From Alphaproteobacteria bacterium (GTDB taxonomy: Bacteria; Pseudomonadota; Alphaproteobacteria; UBA6615), in the NCBI GenBank assembly GCA_003230015.1, contig QIGO01000199.1, positions 1 to 58,612 on the forward strand: a stretch of 58,612 bases of DNA, written 5' to 3'. The translations under genes and the position numbers were made by a program. Shown piece by piece: positions 8,119-17,244 of this stretch; position 1 is the stretch's first letter; every line of letters starts with the position of its first letter. Under the pieces are notes generated by a model. It ran no database searches and had not been told where the DNA came from. It worked only from the letters and a program-made list of their open reading frames with translations.

Positions 8119-8654
8119 TGAAATCACATACAATGACAGATGCGGAGTTGCTGCTGCTGGGGCTGATCGCTGAGATGCCGCGCCATGGTTATGAACTGGA
8201 GCAGATGATTGAGCAGCGCGGCATGCGCGAATGGACACAAATTGGCTTCTCCTCAATCTATTTTGTACTGGGAAAGCTTGAAAAAGCCCTTTTTGTGGCG
8301 GCCGAAACGCCTGCCGGAAGCAAGGCCAAGAAAGCATTTTCGATCACACCCGCCGGCCGGAAGGCGTTGGTTGCGCAGGCCACAGAGGCTCTGAGCTGCT
8401 TTCGTCCAGCCTACTCATCAGCATTGCTCGGCATGGTCCATTGGCCGGTGCTGTCGCGTGAGGCGGCGCTTGCGGCGCTCGAAGACCGAGCCGACACGGT
8501 TTCCCGAGAAATAGGGCGGTTGGAGCGCGTTCGTTTTGAGCGTCAGCCATTGCCCGACTTCATTGAAGCTCTTTTCGACTTTTCGGCTGGCCAGTTGGAG
8601 GCGGAGAAGACGTGGGTTGCCAAGACCCTGGATTACATGAAAACGAAGCCCTGA
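8118..8654 (+). CDS. PadR family transcriptional regulator
   Basis: Winged-helix N-terminus LLLLGLIAEMPRHGYELEQMIEQRGMREWTQIGFSSIYFVLGKLEK. An alternative start is ATG 8133 (MTDAELL). Confidence 0.85.
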   Translation: MKSHTMTDAELLLLGLIAEMPRHGYELEQMIEQRGMREWTQIGFSSIYFVLGKLEKALFVAAETPAGSKAKKAFSITPAGRKALVAQATEALSCFRPAYSSALLGMVHWPVLSREAALAALEDRADTVSREIGRLERVRFERQPLPDFIEALFDFSAGQLEAEKTWVAKTLDYMKTKP

Positions 8655-8669
8655 ATGGAGTAAACCGAC

Positions 8670-9284
8670 ATGGACTTGACCAAGAACCGCAAGAAGCTCA
8701 TGGAACTCTATCAGCCCGGTACAGAGGAATTTACCCTCGTTGACGTGCCCGAATTGCCCTTCGCCATGATTGACGGGGAAGGCTCTCCCGACCATGACGC
8801 TGTCGCCGACGCGGTAAAAAGCCTCTTCACCGCCATCTATCCGATCCGCCGGGAAGCCAGAGAGCGAATGGGCAAAGCCTTCGTCGAGCCCCCGGTGGAA
8901 GTGCTCTATTGGGCCGACGACATGCGCGATCTCGCTGCAGGAAAAAAGGGAAACTGGAAGTGGCGGGCGTTGATAACTCTGCCCGTATGGGCCGATGAAG
9001 AGATGTTTTCAAACGCCGTAGCCCAGACAAAGGGCCAGATGGACGAGGTTCCAAATACGCTACGTATGGAAACTTTCTCTGAGGGTCAATGCGCCCAGAT
9101 TATGCATGTCGGGCAGGCACAGGACATCCCCGCACTGTCAGAACGACTCTACAAACAAATCCTACCGCAGAACAATCTGGAGCCAGCCGGCGCCTATCAC
9201 GAAATCTATCTGGATGATTGGAGCCGGACCTCCCCCGAGCGGCGCAAGATGATATTGCGTCAACCCGTTCGCCCCAAACACTGA
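8670..9284 (+). CDS. GyrI-like small-molecule-binding domain protein
   Basis: GGAG RBS. About 200 aa with a GyrI-like pattern (ETFSEGQCAQIMHVG...YHEIYLDD). The gene lies 13 nt downstream of the PadR stop, a common PadR/GyrI-like pairing. Confidence 0.7.
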   Translation: MDLTKNRKKLMELYQPGTEEFTLVDVPELPFAMIDGEGSPDHDAVADAVKSLFTAIYPIRREARERMGKAFVEPPVEVLYWADDMRDLAAGKKGNWKWRALITLPVWADEEMFSNAVAQTKGQMDEVPNTLRMETFSEGQCAQIMHVGQAQDIPALSERLYKQILPQNNLEPAGAYHEIYLDDWSRTSPERRKMILRQPVRPKH

Positions 9285-9405
9285 CACTCAGCCTAACATT
9301 GAATGGGCCGGTGACTGACGCGGGGCATTAGGTAACCGGTCGGGCCATTCTAGTTGTACGACCAGGCGAGGCGTGCGCGTCCTTGGGAAACGCCGCCAGG
9401 GGGCA

Positions 9406-10299
9406 CTATTCCTTCACCGCGCCGGTCATGGAAGATACGTAGTGCTGGACAAAGAATGAATATAGAAATGCGACCGGGATGGAGCCGAATAACGCGCCGG
9501 CCATCAGCGAACCCCAGCGGTAAACGTCGCCCTCGATAAGCTCCGTCACGACACCGACCGGCGCGGTTTTAACCTCGGACGAGCTTATGAATACGAGGGC
9601 ATATAGGTACTCGTTCCAAGATAGGGTAAAGGCGAAAATTCCCGCGGAAATGAGGCCCGGTACCGCGAGAGGCAGGATGATCTTGCGTAGTATCTGGAAG
9701 CGCGTCGCGCCGTCGACGAGGGCGCATTCTTCGAGTTCGTAAGGGATAGACCGGAAATACCCCATCAATAGCCAAGTGCAAAAGGGGATGAGGAAAGTCG
9801 GGTATGTCAGGATCAGCGCAAACGGCGTGTCGAAGAGGCCGAATTTGAAGATGATCGTGGCGAGCGGAATAAAGAGGATGCTCGGCGGCACCAAATAGGC
9901 CAGAAAAATTGCCAAACCGACGAGGCGGGCGCCGCTATATCTCAGCTTCTCGATGGCGTAGGCGGCGAAAACAGCACAGAAAAGAGACAAGAATGTCGCG
10001 GTGAAAGTCACAAACAGCGTGTTGACCAGCCACCTGGGATATTCTGTCTGAAAGAGCAGGCGTTCGACATTCTCGAAGGTGAATTTGACGATCCAAAGAG
10101 CGGCAAAGCCCTCCGTCGTCAATAACTCCGTATTGGACTTGAACGTCGCAATCGTCATCCAATAAAAGGGAAATAGGAGGACAAACAGGAATACGCCCAG
10201 CGGCAGGTAAACAGCGACAACCCGGTAAGGGATGGTCTCAAGATAGTCCGTGCCACCTTCGTCGGCGTTTTTGGTGGTGCTTGCCGGTCGGTCAGTCAT
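9406..10299 (-). CDS. Carbohydrate ABC transporter permease (MalG-like)
   Basis: Six TM segments and an EAA-type loop (ELEECALVDGATRFQILRKIILP). The ATG overlaps the upstream permease stop by 8 nt. Confidence 0.9.
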   Translation of the reverse strand: MTDRPASTTKNADEGGTDYLETIPYRVVAVYLPLGVFLFVLLFPFYWMTIATFKSNTELLTTEGFAALWIVKFTFENVERLLFQTEYPRWLVNTLFVTFTATFLSLFCAVFAAYAIEKLRYSGARLVGLAIFLAYLVPPSILFIPLATIIFKFGLFDTPFALILTYPTFLIPFCTWLLMGYFRSIPYELEECALVDGATRFQILRKIILPLAVPGLISAGIFAFTLSWNEYLYALVFISSSEVKTAPVGVVTELIEGDVYRWGSLMAGALFGSIPVAFLYSFFVQHYVSSMTGAVKE

Positions 10300-11239
10300 C
10301 GGTGCCTCCCTGCTGCCACTTGCGCCGTTGCAGCCCGAAGTAGCTGAACAGGATGGCGGAGAGCAAGAACGGGATCATTGCCACCGCGATCGCGGACCCT
10401 TCTCCCAGGGACCCTCCGACAATGGCCCTTTGGTAGGCCAGCGTCGCCATCAAATGGGTGGCGTTAAACGGGCCACCGCGGGTCATGACCCAAATGAGCT
10501 GGAAGTCGCTGAATGTAAACAACACAGAAAAGGTCATGACGACGGCGATGATCGGAGTCAAAAGAGGGAAAGTGATTTTGCGGAACATTTGCATCCGCGT
10601 GGCGCCGTCGATGGTCGCCGCTTCGTAGAGGGTCGGCGATATTGTCTGCAGGCCGGCAAGTAAAGTGATCGCAACGAAGGGAATGCCGCGCCATATATTC
10701 GCGGCAATTACCGATGCCCGCGCATTATTAGCCTTACCGAGAAAATCAATATTGCTGTCGATTAACCCGAGCTGGATTAGAAGAAAACTGATGATTGAGT
10801 CTTGCGCATCGTAGATCCACCAGAACGCCATGGCGGAGAGCACGGTTGGGACGATAAATGGGAGTAGTACAATCGCCCGGATCATCGCCTTGAACGGCAT
10901 GTGTTTATTGAGGATCAACGCCAGCCAAAGACCTAACCCGAACTTAATCACACTGGCGACTACAGTGTACAAAAGCGTGTTGAATACAGAGAGCCAAAAC
11001 AGAGAGTCCTGGGCCAACCAGCGAAAATTGCCCAACCCTATAAATTTTCCAGGGCGACCAATCTTGACGTCGGTCAAACCGAGCCAGACGCCCAAACCAA
11101 GAGGATAGGCGAGGAACACCAGCAGCATAATACCTGCCGGGATCATGAATAGCAGACCGAGAAAATTGTTATTGTTGTGCAGCCGCGCACCTAACGTCAC
11201 CCGAGGCATGCGCCCCGGAGATTCCCCGATCACGGCCAT
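10292..11239 (-). CDS. Carbohydrate ABC transporter permease (MalF-like)
   Basis: EAA loop LYEAATIDGATRMQMFRKITFP. I prefer ATG at 11237-11239 (MAVIGESPG) over the TTG at 11260. Confidence 0.88.
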   Translation of the reverse strand: MAVIGESPGRMPRVTLGARLHNNNNFLGLLFMIPAGIMLLVFLAYPLGLGVWLGLTDVKIGRPGKFIGLGNFRWLAQDSLFWLSVFNTLLYTVVASVIKFGLGLWLALILNKHMPFKAMIRAIVLLPFIVPTVLSAMAFWWIYDAQDSIISFLLIQLGLIDSNIDFLGKANNARASVIAANIWRGIPFVAITLLAGLQTISPTLYEAATIDGATRMQMFRKITFPLLTPIIAVVMTFSVLFTFSDFQLIWVMTRGGPFNATHLMATLAYQRAIVGGSLGEGSAIAVAMIPFLLSAILFSYFGLQRRKWQQGGTDD

Positions 11240-11269
11240 AACAACGTATCCCTTGTGCAAGAAGAGGAA

Positions 11270-11297
11270 ACGGCGTGCCCGACTTTGGGCACGCCGT
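11270..11297 (-). terminator. Intercistronic hairpin after the binding-protein gene (attenuator/mRNA stabiliser)
   Basis: ACGGCGTGCCC (11270-11280) pairs with GGGCACGCCGT (11287-11297) around a 6-nt loop. On the minus strand it lies 11 nt after the SBP stop and is followed by TTCCTCTTCTTG. Confidence 0.4.
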
Positions 11298-11308
11298 CGA
11301 CTTTGCGG

Positions 11309-12616
11309 TTAGAGTACGTAGTAACGCTCCGCACGGCGCTGGGCGTCTTCGGCGGCTTCTTGAGGTGTCTTTCTGCCGGTGGCGGCCTCAGCGACCATGT
11401 TGACGACAACGAAGTCAGCGAAGACTTCGGTGGCGGCGCGGCCCAGTTTGCCCGGGTAGGCAAATGACAGGGAACGCTCGGATGCTTTTTGGAACACAGC
11501 GCGTTTTGGATCTTCGGTCCAGACCGGATGGTCTTCGAAAGCCCGCAGCGGTTGGGTCAAGTAGCCAACAGCCCCTTGCAGGAACTGGTTGTACTGGTCT
11601 GCCTCCATCATCCAAGTGATCAGGGATTTGGCGGCCTCGGGGAAATCACTGTGCTTATAGGTGAGCATCGGGAAGGCAACATGGAACTCCGTCGGTTTAC
11701 CAACCGGGCCCACCGGATAGAAGGCGTGGTCCATATCGTCGGAGATATCGGTCATGCCCTCACGCAAAGCGGCGGCATAGATGGAAATACCGTTGTTGGT
11801 GACGGAAATATCACTGGCCAGGAAGGCCTTGTTGTTGTTGCCGTCGAGCCAAGATGCCGCACCCTCGATAAAGGTATCGGCCAACTCGCGCACATATTCC
11901 AGGGAAGCGATGGTCTCCGGGCTGTTGATGACAACATTCTCGTCCTTATCAATCACCGAGCCACCGTGGGACCATAAGATCCAATGGGCCCAAGCGTTGC
12001 CATCACCGCTGGCGTTGCCCAACGCAAAACCGCCGGGGCGGCCATTGGCCTTCAATTTCTTCATCAGGTCGAGGAAATCCGTGGTGTTGTCCGGAATACC
12101 GTCATAGCCGGCATCCTGCACCCAGGAAACACGATAATTGATGAAGTTGCCGCTCATGACAAACGGCACACCAATCCACTTGCCGTCCTTGATGCCGTAT
12201 TCCTCGGCGATGGGATACCAGCCGCCGTATTTCTCGCCGAGATAGTTGCAGACGTCGCTGACGTCGACGAGGGCGTCGGGGTAGAGGAAAGCATCGGCAT
12301 GGATATTCCAGATAATATCGGGGCCGGTGCCGACGCTGGCGGCCACGGCCGCTTTCGGACGAAGGTCTTCAAAACCTAGACTGTCAATGCGAATCTCTAC
12401 GCCGGTGGCCTGGGTATAGGCGTCGATAAGGGCCAGGAAGGCATCCTCTTCCGACTGCACAAACCGCTTCCAACGCAACATCCGCAGCTTCGCGCCGGGT
12501 TCCGGCGTGAACTTCATCTCCTGCGCCCATGATCTGGCGGCCGCTAGCAGTGCTGGGCCCGCGACCGCGGCACCAACCGTGGTCTTTAGCATGTCGCGGC
12601 GGGTAAATTTGCTCAT
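11309..12616 (-). CDS. ABC transporter extracellular solute-binding protein (sugar family) with Tat-type signal
   Basis: N-terminus MSKFTRRDMLKTTVGAAVAGPALLAAARSWA (twin-arginine motif). Family-1 SBP length and composition. Confidence 0.88.
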   Translation of the reverse strand: MSKFTRRDMLKTTVGAAVAGPALLAAARSWAQEMKFTPEPGAKLRMLRWKRFVQSEEDAFLALIDAYTQATGVEIRIDSLGFEDLRPKAAVAASVGTGPDIIWNIHADAFLYPDALVDVSDVCNYLGEKYGGWYPIAEEYGIKDGKWIGVPFVMSGNFINYRVSWVQDAGYDGIPDNTTDFLDLMKKLKANGRPGGFALGNASGDGNAWAHWILWSHGGSVIDKDENVVINSPETIASLEYVRELADTFIEGAASWLDGNNNKAFLASDISVTNNGISIYAAALREGMTDISDDMDHAFYPVGPVGKPTEFHVAFPMLTYKHSDFPEAAKSLITWMMEADQYNQFLQGAVGYLTQPLRAFEDHPVWTEDPKRAVFQKASERSLSFAYPGKLGRAATEVFADFVVVNMVAEAATGRKTPQEAAEDAQRRAERYYVL

Positions 12617-12686
12617 GTCTCACTCCCTACAAGTTTAGTTTGGACGATTGAGCGCTGTTGAGGCTCTTCGTCATTTGGTCGCGTGC

Positions 12687-13802
12687 CTAGACGGCGCGAA
12701 ACCGTGGTAAATCGCTGTCGGCCTCGTCGAGTTCGAGACGCCGGGTCGTCTCTTGGTCAAACAGGTGCACGGTATCAAGCCGAGGATTAAGCCATATCCG
12801 CTGGCCTGGCCTGAAGTCATGGCGATCATGAAAAGACGCGCGCAGCTCCTGGCCAGCCGTGCGGCCGATAACCAAGATATCCGCGCCGGTCGGCTCAACC
12901 ACGACGACTTCGGTCTCAAAACCCTGGCCTTCCTTGGACAGAGCCAAATATTCCGGCCTGATGCCATAGACGACGCGGCGGCCATCCGAGACACCGTGGC
13001 CCTGAGCCAATGGCAAGACTGTGCCGTCATCGGCCAAAACAATTGATAAACCATCCTTCGCGGTAACTGTACCGGCGAACAAGTTCATCGCCGGCGAGCC
13101 AATAAACGAGGCGACAAATATGTTATTGGGGTAGTCATAAACCTCAAGCGGCGACCCGACCTGCTCGACATAACCATCGCGCATGACAACAATGCGGTCG
13201 CCCATGGTCAATGCCTCGATTTGATCATGGGTGACATAGATGGATGTGCCGCCGATGCGCTGATGCAACTCCTTTAGTTCCGTGCGCATTTGCACGCGCA
13301 GCTTGGCATCGAGATTGGACAGTGGCTCGTCAAACAAAAACACCTGCGGATCGCGAACCATGGCGCGGCCAATGGCGACCCGTTGGCGCTGACCACCGGA
13401 AAGCTGGCGCGGATATCGGTCGAGATATTCGCGCAAATTCAACGCGTCCGCGGCCGCATGCACTTTCTCCTGAACAATCTCGTCACTTGCCTTGGCCAAG
13501 CGCAGGCTGAAGGCCATATTCTCGAAGACCTTCATGTGCGGATAGAGCGCATAGTTCTGGAAAACCATGGCGATATTGCGCTGCTTGGGCGGCACGTTGT
13601 TGACCACCTGGCCACCGATGGAGATTTCACCGGCGGTAACCTTCTCCAATCCCGCAATCATGCGCAAAAGTGTCGATTTACCACACCCAGACGGTCCGAC
13701 GAGGACAACAAACGCCTTGTCGGGGATCTCTACATCGATGCCGTGCAGCACCTCGGTCGAGCCAAACGCCTTGACGACATTTCTCGCCACAACCGATGCC
13801 AT
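12687..13802 (-). CDS. ABC transporter ATP-binding protein (MalK/UgpC family)
   Basis: Walker [10 protein letters not shown], signature LSGGQRQRV, Walker B FLFDEPLS and a C-terminal MalK-type regulatory domain. ATG at 13800-13802 (MASVVARNV). The 34-codon upstream extension in the ORF track is rejected. Confidence 0.9.
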   Translation of the reverse strand: MASVVARNVVKAFGSTEVLHGIDVEIPDKAFVVLVGPSGCGKSTLLRMIAGLEKVTAGEISIGGQVVNNVPPKQRNIAMVFQNYALYPHMKVFENMAFSLRLAKASDEIVQEKVHAAADALNLREYLDRYPRQLSGGQRQRVAIGRAMVRDPQVFLFDEPLSNLDAKLRVQMRTELKELHQRIGGTSIYVTHDQIEALTMGDRIVVMRDGYVEQVGSPLEVYDYPNNIFVASFIGSPAMNLFAGTVTAKDGLSIVLADDGTVLPLAQGHGVSDGRRVVYGIRPEYLALSKEGQGFETEVVVVEPTGADILVIGRTAGQELRASFHDRHDFRPGQRIWLNPRLDTVHLFDQETTRRLELDEADSDLPRFRAV

Positions 13803-14055
13803 GTACCCTCCCCTGCGAACCCGACAGCTCGCCGCCAGCCAACTCGCCAAACCCAGACATTGCCCGCCCAAGCCCGATGGCGCGCGCCGGTTTACCGCCG
13901 CCAACGCCGGGCTTGGAGCAGAGCATACTCTTGCCGGAGCATCAATGACTCATGTCGGAGCCGTTATGCATATTTCGAAGCATATGCCGATTTCCGCGGC
14001 AACGGGCCGTTTTAAACCATTTTCCTCGCGCAGCCGGGTTCCGGCGCGGAGCCGC

Positions 14056-14982
14056 TTAGGCCTGATCAATTAAGGCAACCGGATCCGGGCCGGGACGTGT
14101 GGCGATATACCGAACTACGCGGCGACCGATTAAATCCACCGCACAAACTTCATCACCCAGGGTACTACATAACGCCCAGCCGGTCTCGTGGTCAAAGGCG
14201 ATGGATACCGGCTTGTCCGGCAGCGGTACAGCAAATATCTGGCGGCCTTGATCGACGTCGACCACCGCCAGGGCGCGGGCGTGATATAGTGCCACCAGCA
14301 GACGACCCCGGTGGCCCCAACAGAGGCGCACCGGCCCCGGCTGGGTGGCAATCCTATTGATCATGGCGCCGGCCGCGACGTCGATAACGGTTATTTCAGA
14401 AGACTCTCGGCAGGCCACGTAGAGAGTTCGCTGGGCGGCATCGAGAACCGAGCCTTCGGGACGCGCGCCGGTGGGGATTATGCGTGGTTTGGAGTCCGGT
14501 TCGCCGGGATCGAGAATAGAAACGTCGTCGCTTTTCATGTTACTGCAGAATGCCATCTTGCCGTCACCGGTCACGGTGACAATGTGCGAGCCGGCGCCGC
14601 CCGTGGGCAGACTGCACTCGAAAACCTGGGAAAATGGGTCGGTGGCGATCAATAGTCGATCAGAGGCCTCGCTTAAAACATATAGCCGGTCATCATGGTC
14701 GAGGGCGATGCCGTGAGGCCGGCGCCAGGGGCCGCAGTCGATATAACCAACAACCTGGCGCCGCTGCAAATCAACGATGCTGACGCGGGCGCCCCCAGGC
14801 CCTTCGTCCTCGGCCAAGGCAACACCGAAATGAGACTGCAAGGCATAGCGGCGGTCGCGGGAAAGGACAAATTCATGGGGATAGGGATCAAGGGCGATGC
14901 GTGCTGTTTCCCGCCCCGTCAGGAAATCATAGATGCCTAGTGAGTGGTCATTTTTTTGCACGACCACTAGGGACTTTTTCAT
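14056..14982 (-). CDS. Beta-propeller repeat protein (YncE/YVTN-like pattern)
   Basis: Repeating ~40-aa units with motifs of the type LYV(L/A)...I(T/S)V(I/V)D and HG(I/V). Cytoplasmic (no signal peptide seen). The family call is by pattern only. Confidence 0.55.
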   Translation of the reverse strand: MKKSLVVVQKNDHSLGIYDFLTGRETARIALDPYPHEFVLSRDRRYALQSHFGVALAEDEGPGGARVSIVDLQRRQVVGYIDCGPWRRPHGIALDHDDRLYVLSEASDRLLIATDPFSQVFECSLPTGGAGSHIVTVTGDGKMAFCSNMKSDDVSILDPGEPDSKPRIIPTGARPEGSVLDAAQRTLYVACRESSEITVIDVAAGAMINRIATQPGPVRLCWGHRGRLLVALYHARALAVVDVDQGRQIFAVPLPDKPVSIAFDHETGWALCSTLGDEVCAVDLIGRRVVRYIATRPGPDPVALIDQA

Positions 14983-15238
14983 CCTGCGACGCTACGATAC
15001 GCGCGGCGCCTGCTCAAGCGAGTTTTGCCCGGCAGCGGTTGCCCGGGCCAATGCCGGGCCAGCCGGTACGATCCCGGAAGGATTAAGCGCCTTAATGGAA
15101 TAGCAGCCGGCCTTGATGTGCGCGACATGCACGGTGGCGAATGCCTGGAATGGCGAGGATCCGGCCGGTGTATGCGGAAAGGCCCGGCAGGCCGCGCATA
15201 TTGCGCCGCCCGACCCATTCTGAGACGAGAGCACCAAA

Positions 15239-16843
15239 CTATCGGGATAGCTGCTCCTGGGTGGGCGTATCAATCTGGTCCTCGAGCGATTGAACAGATT
15301 TGATATTGAGTGCATCTGTGGCCGCGCCATCCCGCGCCACTGTCGCGGCGTCGTTGAACTCCTTCTCGCACTTGGCGGCAAGCTTGGGATAAGTTGCCTT
15401 ACAATTCAAAACCAACCCCCTTGCCTCTAGGTCGTTGCCGAGGAGTTTCTGATAACGAATTCGTGCCGGCAAGAGGTGTGGCGGATTTCCAACTGCGACC
15501 GCAGCTGAATCCAGCAACTTACCGGCTTCAACTATGCGTCCTTGGGCGAGTTCGTCGCCGATAAGTTCGAGGTAAACCTTCAATGCCGGTTCCTCACTCC
15601 GCGTCGCGATTGTCAGGTTTTGTAGATATTGCTCGCGTAGCCCCTGATCCTCGCGGATTTTCGAGAAGGCCCACCTTGGATAGGCGTCCGTCTCCGTCGG
15701 CCACGAAACCGCCACTTTTATGCGCGCGACCGCCTCGTCCAAATCGCCCCCTTGTTGCGCGTCCAAGGCCTCACGCACGGCGCGATAGTTATTCAGCATC
15801 GTCGCCATCGCGCCGTCCGGCTGTTTCATCCAAGGCAAGTCTCTCGTGACAGGCCGCTCGACAAACCTATGTTCCCGCGAAATATAGTCCCGGAGCCGAG
15901 TCTCGCGGACTTCGGGATCATAATACCCGCTACCAAACCGCTCAAACAATGCACCCTTGACGCTTCCTACCGCCTTTCTCGCGGTATTCACCGTGGCCTC
16001 TACAACCCCCGGGGCGTCTCCCTCGTTTAGCCCCGACTTAACCTGGTCGGCGGCCTGCGCTATTTCCTTTTCCCGCTTGTCGCTGTTTGCTTCGCGGCTA
16101 CGCGTTTGCCTTGCTTGGGCGAATCGCAGGGTATCGAATACCGAATCAAGGTTGTATCCGGCCGCCACCATAATATCCACACCCAAACGGTCTGCGTCAT
16201 CTTCTTGGCCTTTGGTGAATAGATTTGGTGCGATGATGTTTTCGGTTAACTCCGAGGCACCCAACAAGTAGTTTGTCGTCGTTGAATTGCTGAACTCGCT
16301 TTTCGATACCAAACTTCGAAAATTATCGAACAAATTCGACGCCTGGGTGGCGCGCTGGGTGATGTTCTCATATATATCTGTCTCTTGATGTTGATATAAA
16401 ATATGCGCCAATTCGTGTGCCAACATTGCCGCCAGCTGGTCTTCATTCTCGACTTCTTCCGCCAACAGCATACCGGCGCTGACGAGTACTAAACCCGAGC
16501 CGGTCACTACAACGCCGGGACTCGGGTTTGCGGTCAGGATGGCGCGCACGGATGCGTTCGGCACGGGCCCGGCGGCAACCAGCCGTGCCATAACTTCATT
16601 GAGATAACTATTGATTTCTCGCGCTGGAGCAATGCCAAATCCCTCCGACCGCACCGATGCCAGACCAACTATTTTTTCTTGATCGGATAACTGCGTAAAA
16701 AATCCTGATGGCCGCTCGTATGCATCGAAATATCGGCCTTCTATGTCCTTCTCAAGAAACTGAATTGGGGCCGCACAGGCGGCAACCACCAACGGAACAA
16801 GTATAACGACGCGAGACGCGTAGCGCTTTATAATATTTAGCAT
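15239..16843 (-). CDS. M48-family zinc metalloprotease lipoprotein with helical-repeat C-terminal half
   Basis: Lipobox LVVAAC. Zinc motif HELAHILYQH, with a downstream EDDADRLGVDIMVAAGY block typical of M48. The ATG overlaps the stop of the upstream 135-aa ORF (ATGCTAA). Confidence 0.8.
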   Translation of the reverse strand: MLNIIKRYASRVVILVPLVVAACAAPIQFLEKDIEGRYFDAYERPSGFFTQLSDQEKIVGLASVRSEGFGIAPAREINSYLNEVMARLVAAGPVPNASVRAILTANPSPGVVVTGSGLVLVSAGMLLAEEVENEDQLAAMLAHELAHILYQHQETDIYENITQRATQASNLFDNFRSLVSKSEFSNSTTTNYLLGASELTENIIAPNLFTKGQEDDADRLGVDIMVAAGYNLDSVFDTLRFAQARQTRSREANSDKREKEIAQAADQVKSGLNEGDAPGVVEATVNTARKAVGSVKGALFERFGSGYYDPEVRETRLRDYISREHRFVERPVTRDLPWMKQPDGAMATMLNNYRAVREALDAQQGGDLDEAVARIKVAVSWPTETDAYPRWAFSKIREDQGLREQYLQNLTIATRSEEPALKVYLELIGDELAQGRIVEAGKLLDSAAVAVGNPPHLLPARIRYQKLLGNDLEARGLVLNCKATYPKLAAKCEKEFNDAATVARDGAATDALNIKSVQSLEDQIDTPTQEQLSR

Positions 16844-17244
16844 GACTCACCATATCCGCGCGTGGCTAGCAGACTACCACCGGTAACTTCTGTGTCGCAT
16901 ATTATGGACAAGATGTCGGGCAAGGGTTTGTCCGTCTTGACGAATGTTGGCATAACCCAGCCAACATACTTCTGGTCACCAAGCCTATTTGTCACGACAA
17001 CCAGTAGCATGTTGTTTCTAGCGACACCCTTTATTGGGATAGGTAATATGACGTCCTCTTCGCTCAATGGCTGAGACTTACCGCTGATTACCGGCTCCTG
17101 GAAAAGATCGAGTGGCGGATTCGTAATTTCTGTGATCTTAAATAGTGTTGCTAGGCCCTCGGCCTCCTCTATGCTTTGACCGCTGGCCGGCGTAGAGACG
17201 TATACTAAGGCAATTAATAGGGTGGCAGCGATTTTATTCATCAT
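16837..17244 (-). CDS. Secreted 135-aa protein of unknown function
   Basis: Signal peptide MMNKIAATLLIALVYVSTPASGQ. Overlaps the CHASE2 gene by 11 nt and the M48 gene by 7 nt. Low GC. No family recognised. Confidence 0.6.
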   Translation of the reverse strand: MMNKIAATLLIALVYVSTPASGQSIEEAEGLATLFKITEITNPPLDLFQEPVISGKSQPLSEEDVILPIPIKGVARNNMLLVVVTNRLGDQKYVGWVMPTFVKTDKPLPDILSIICDTEVTGGSLLATRGYGESC

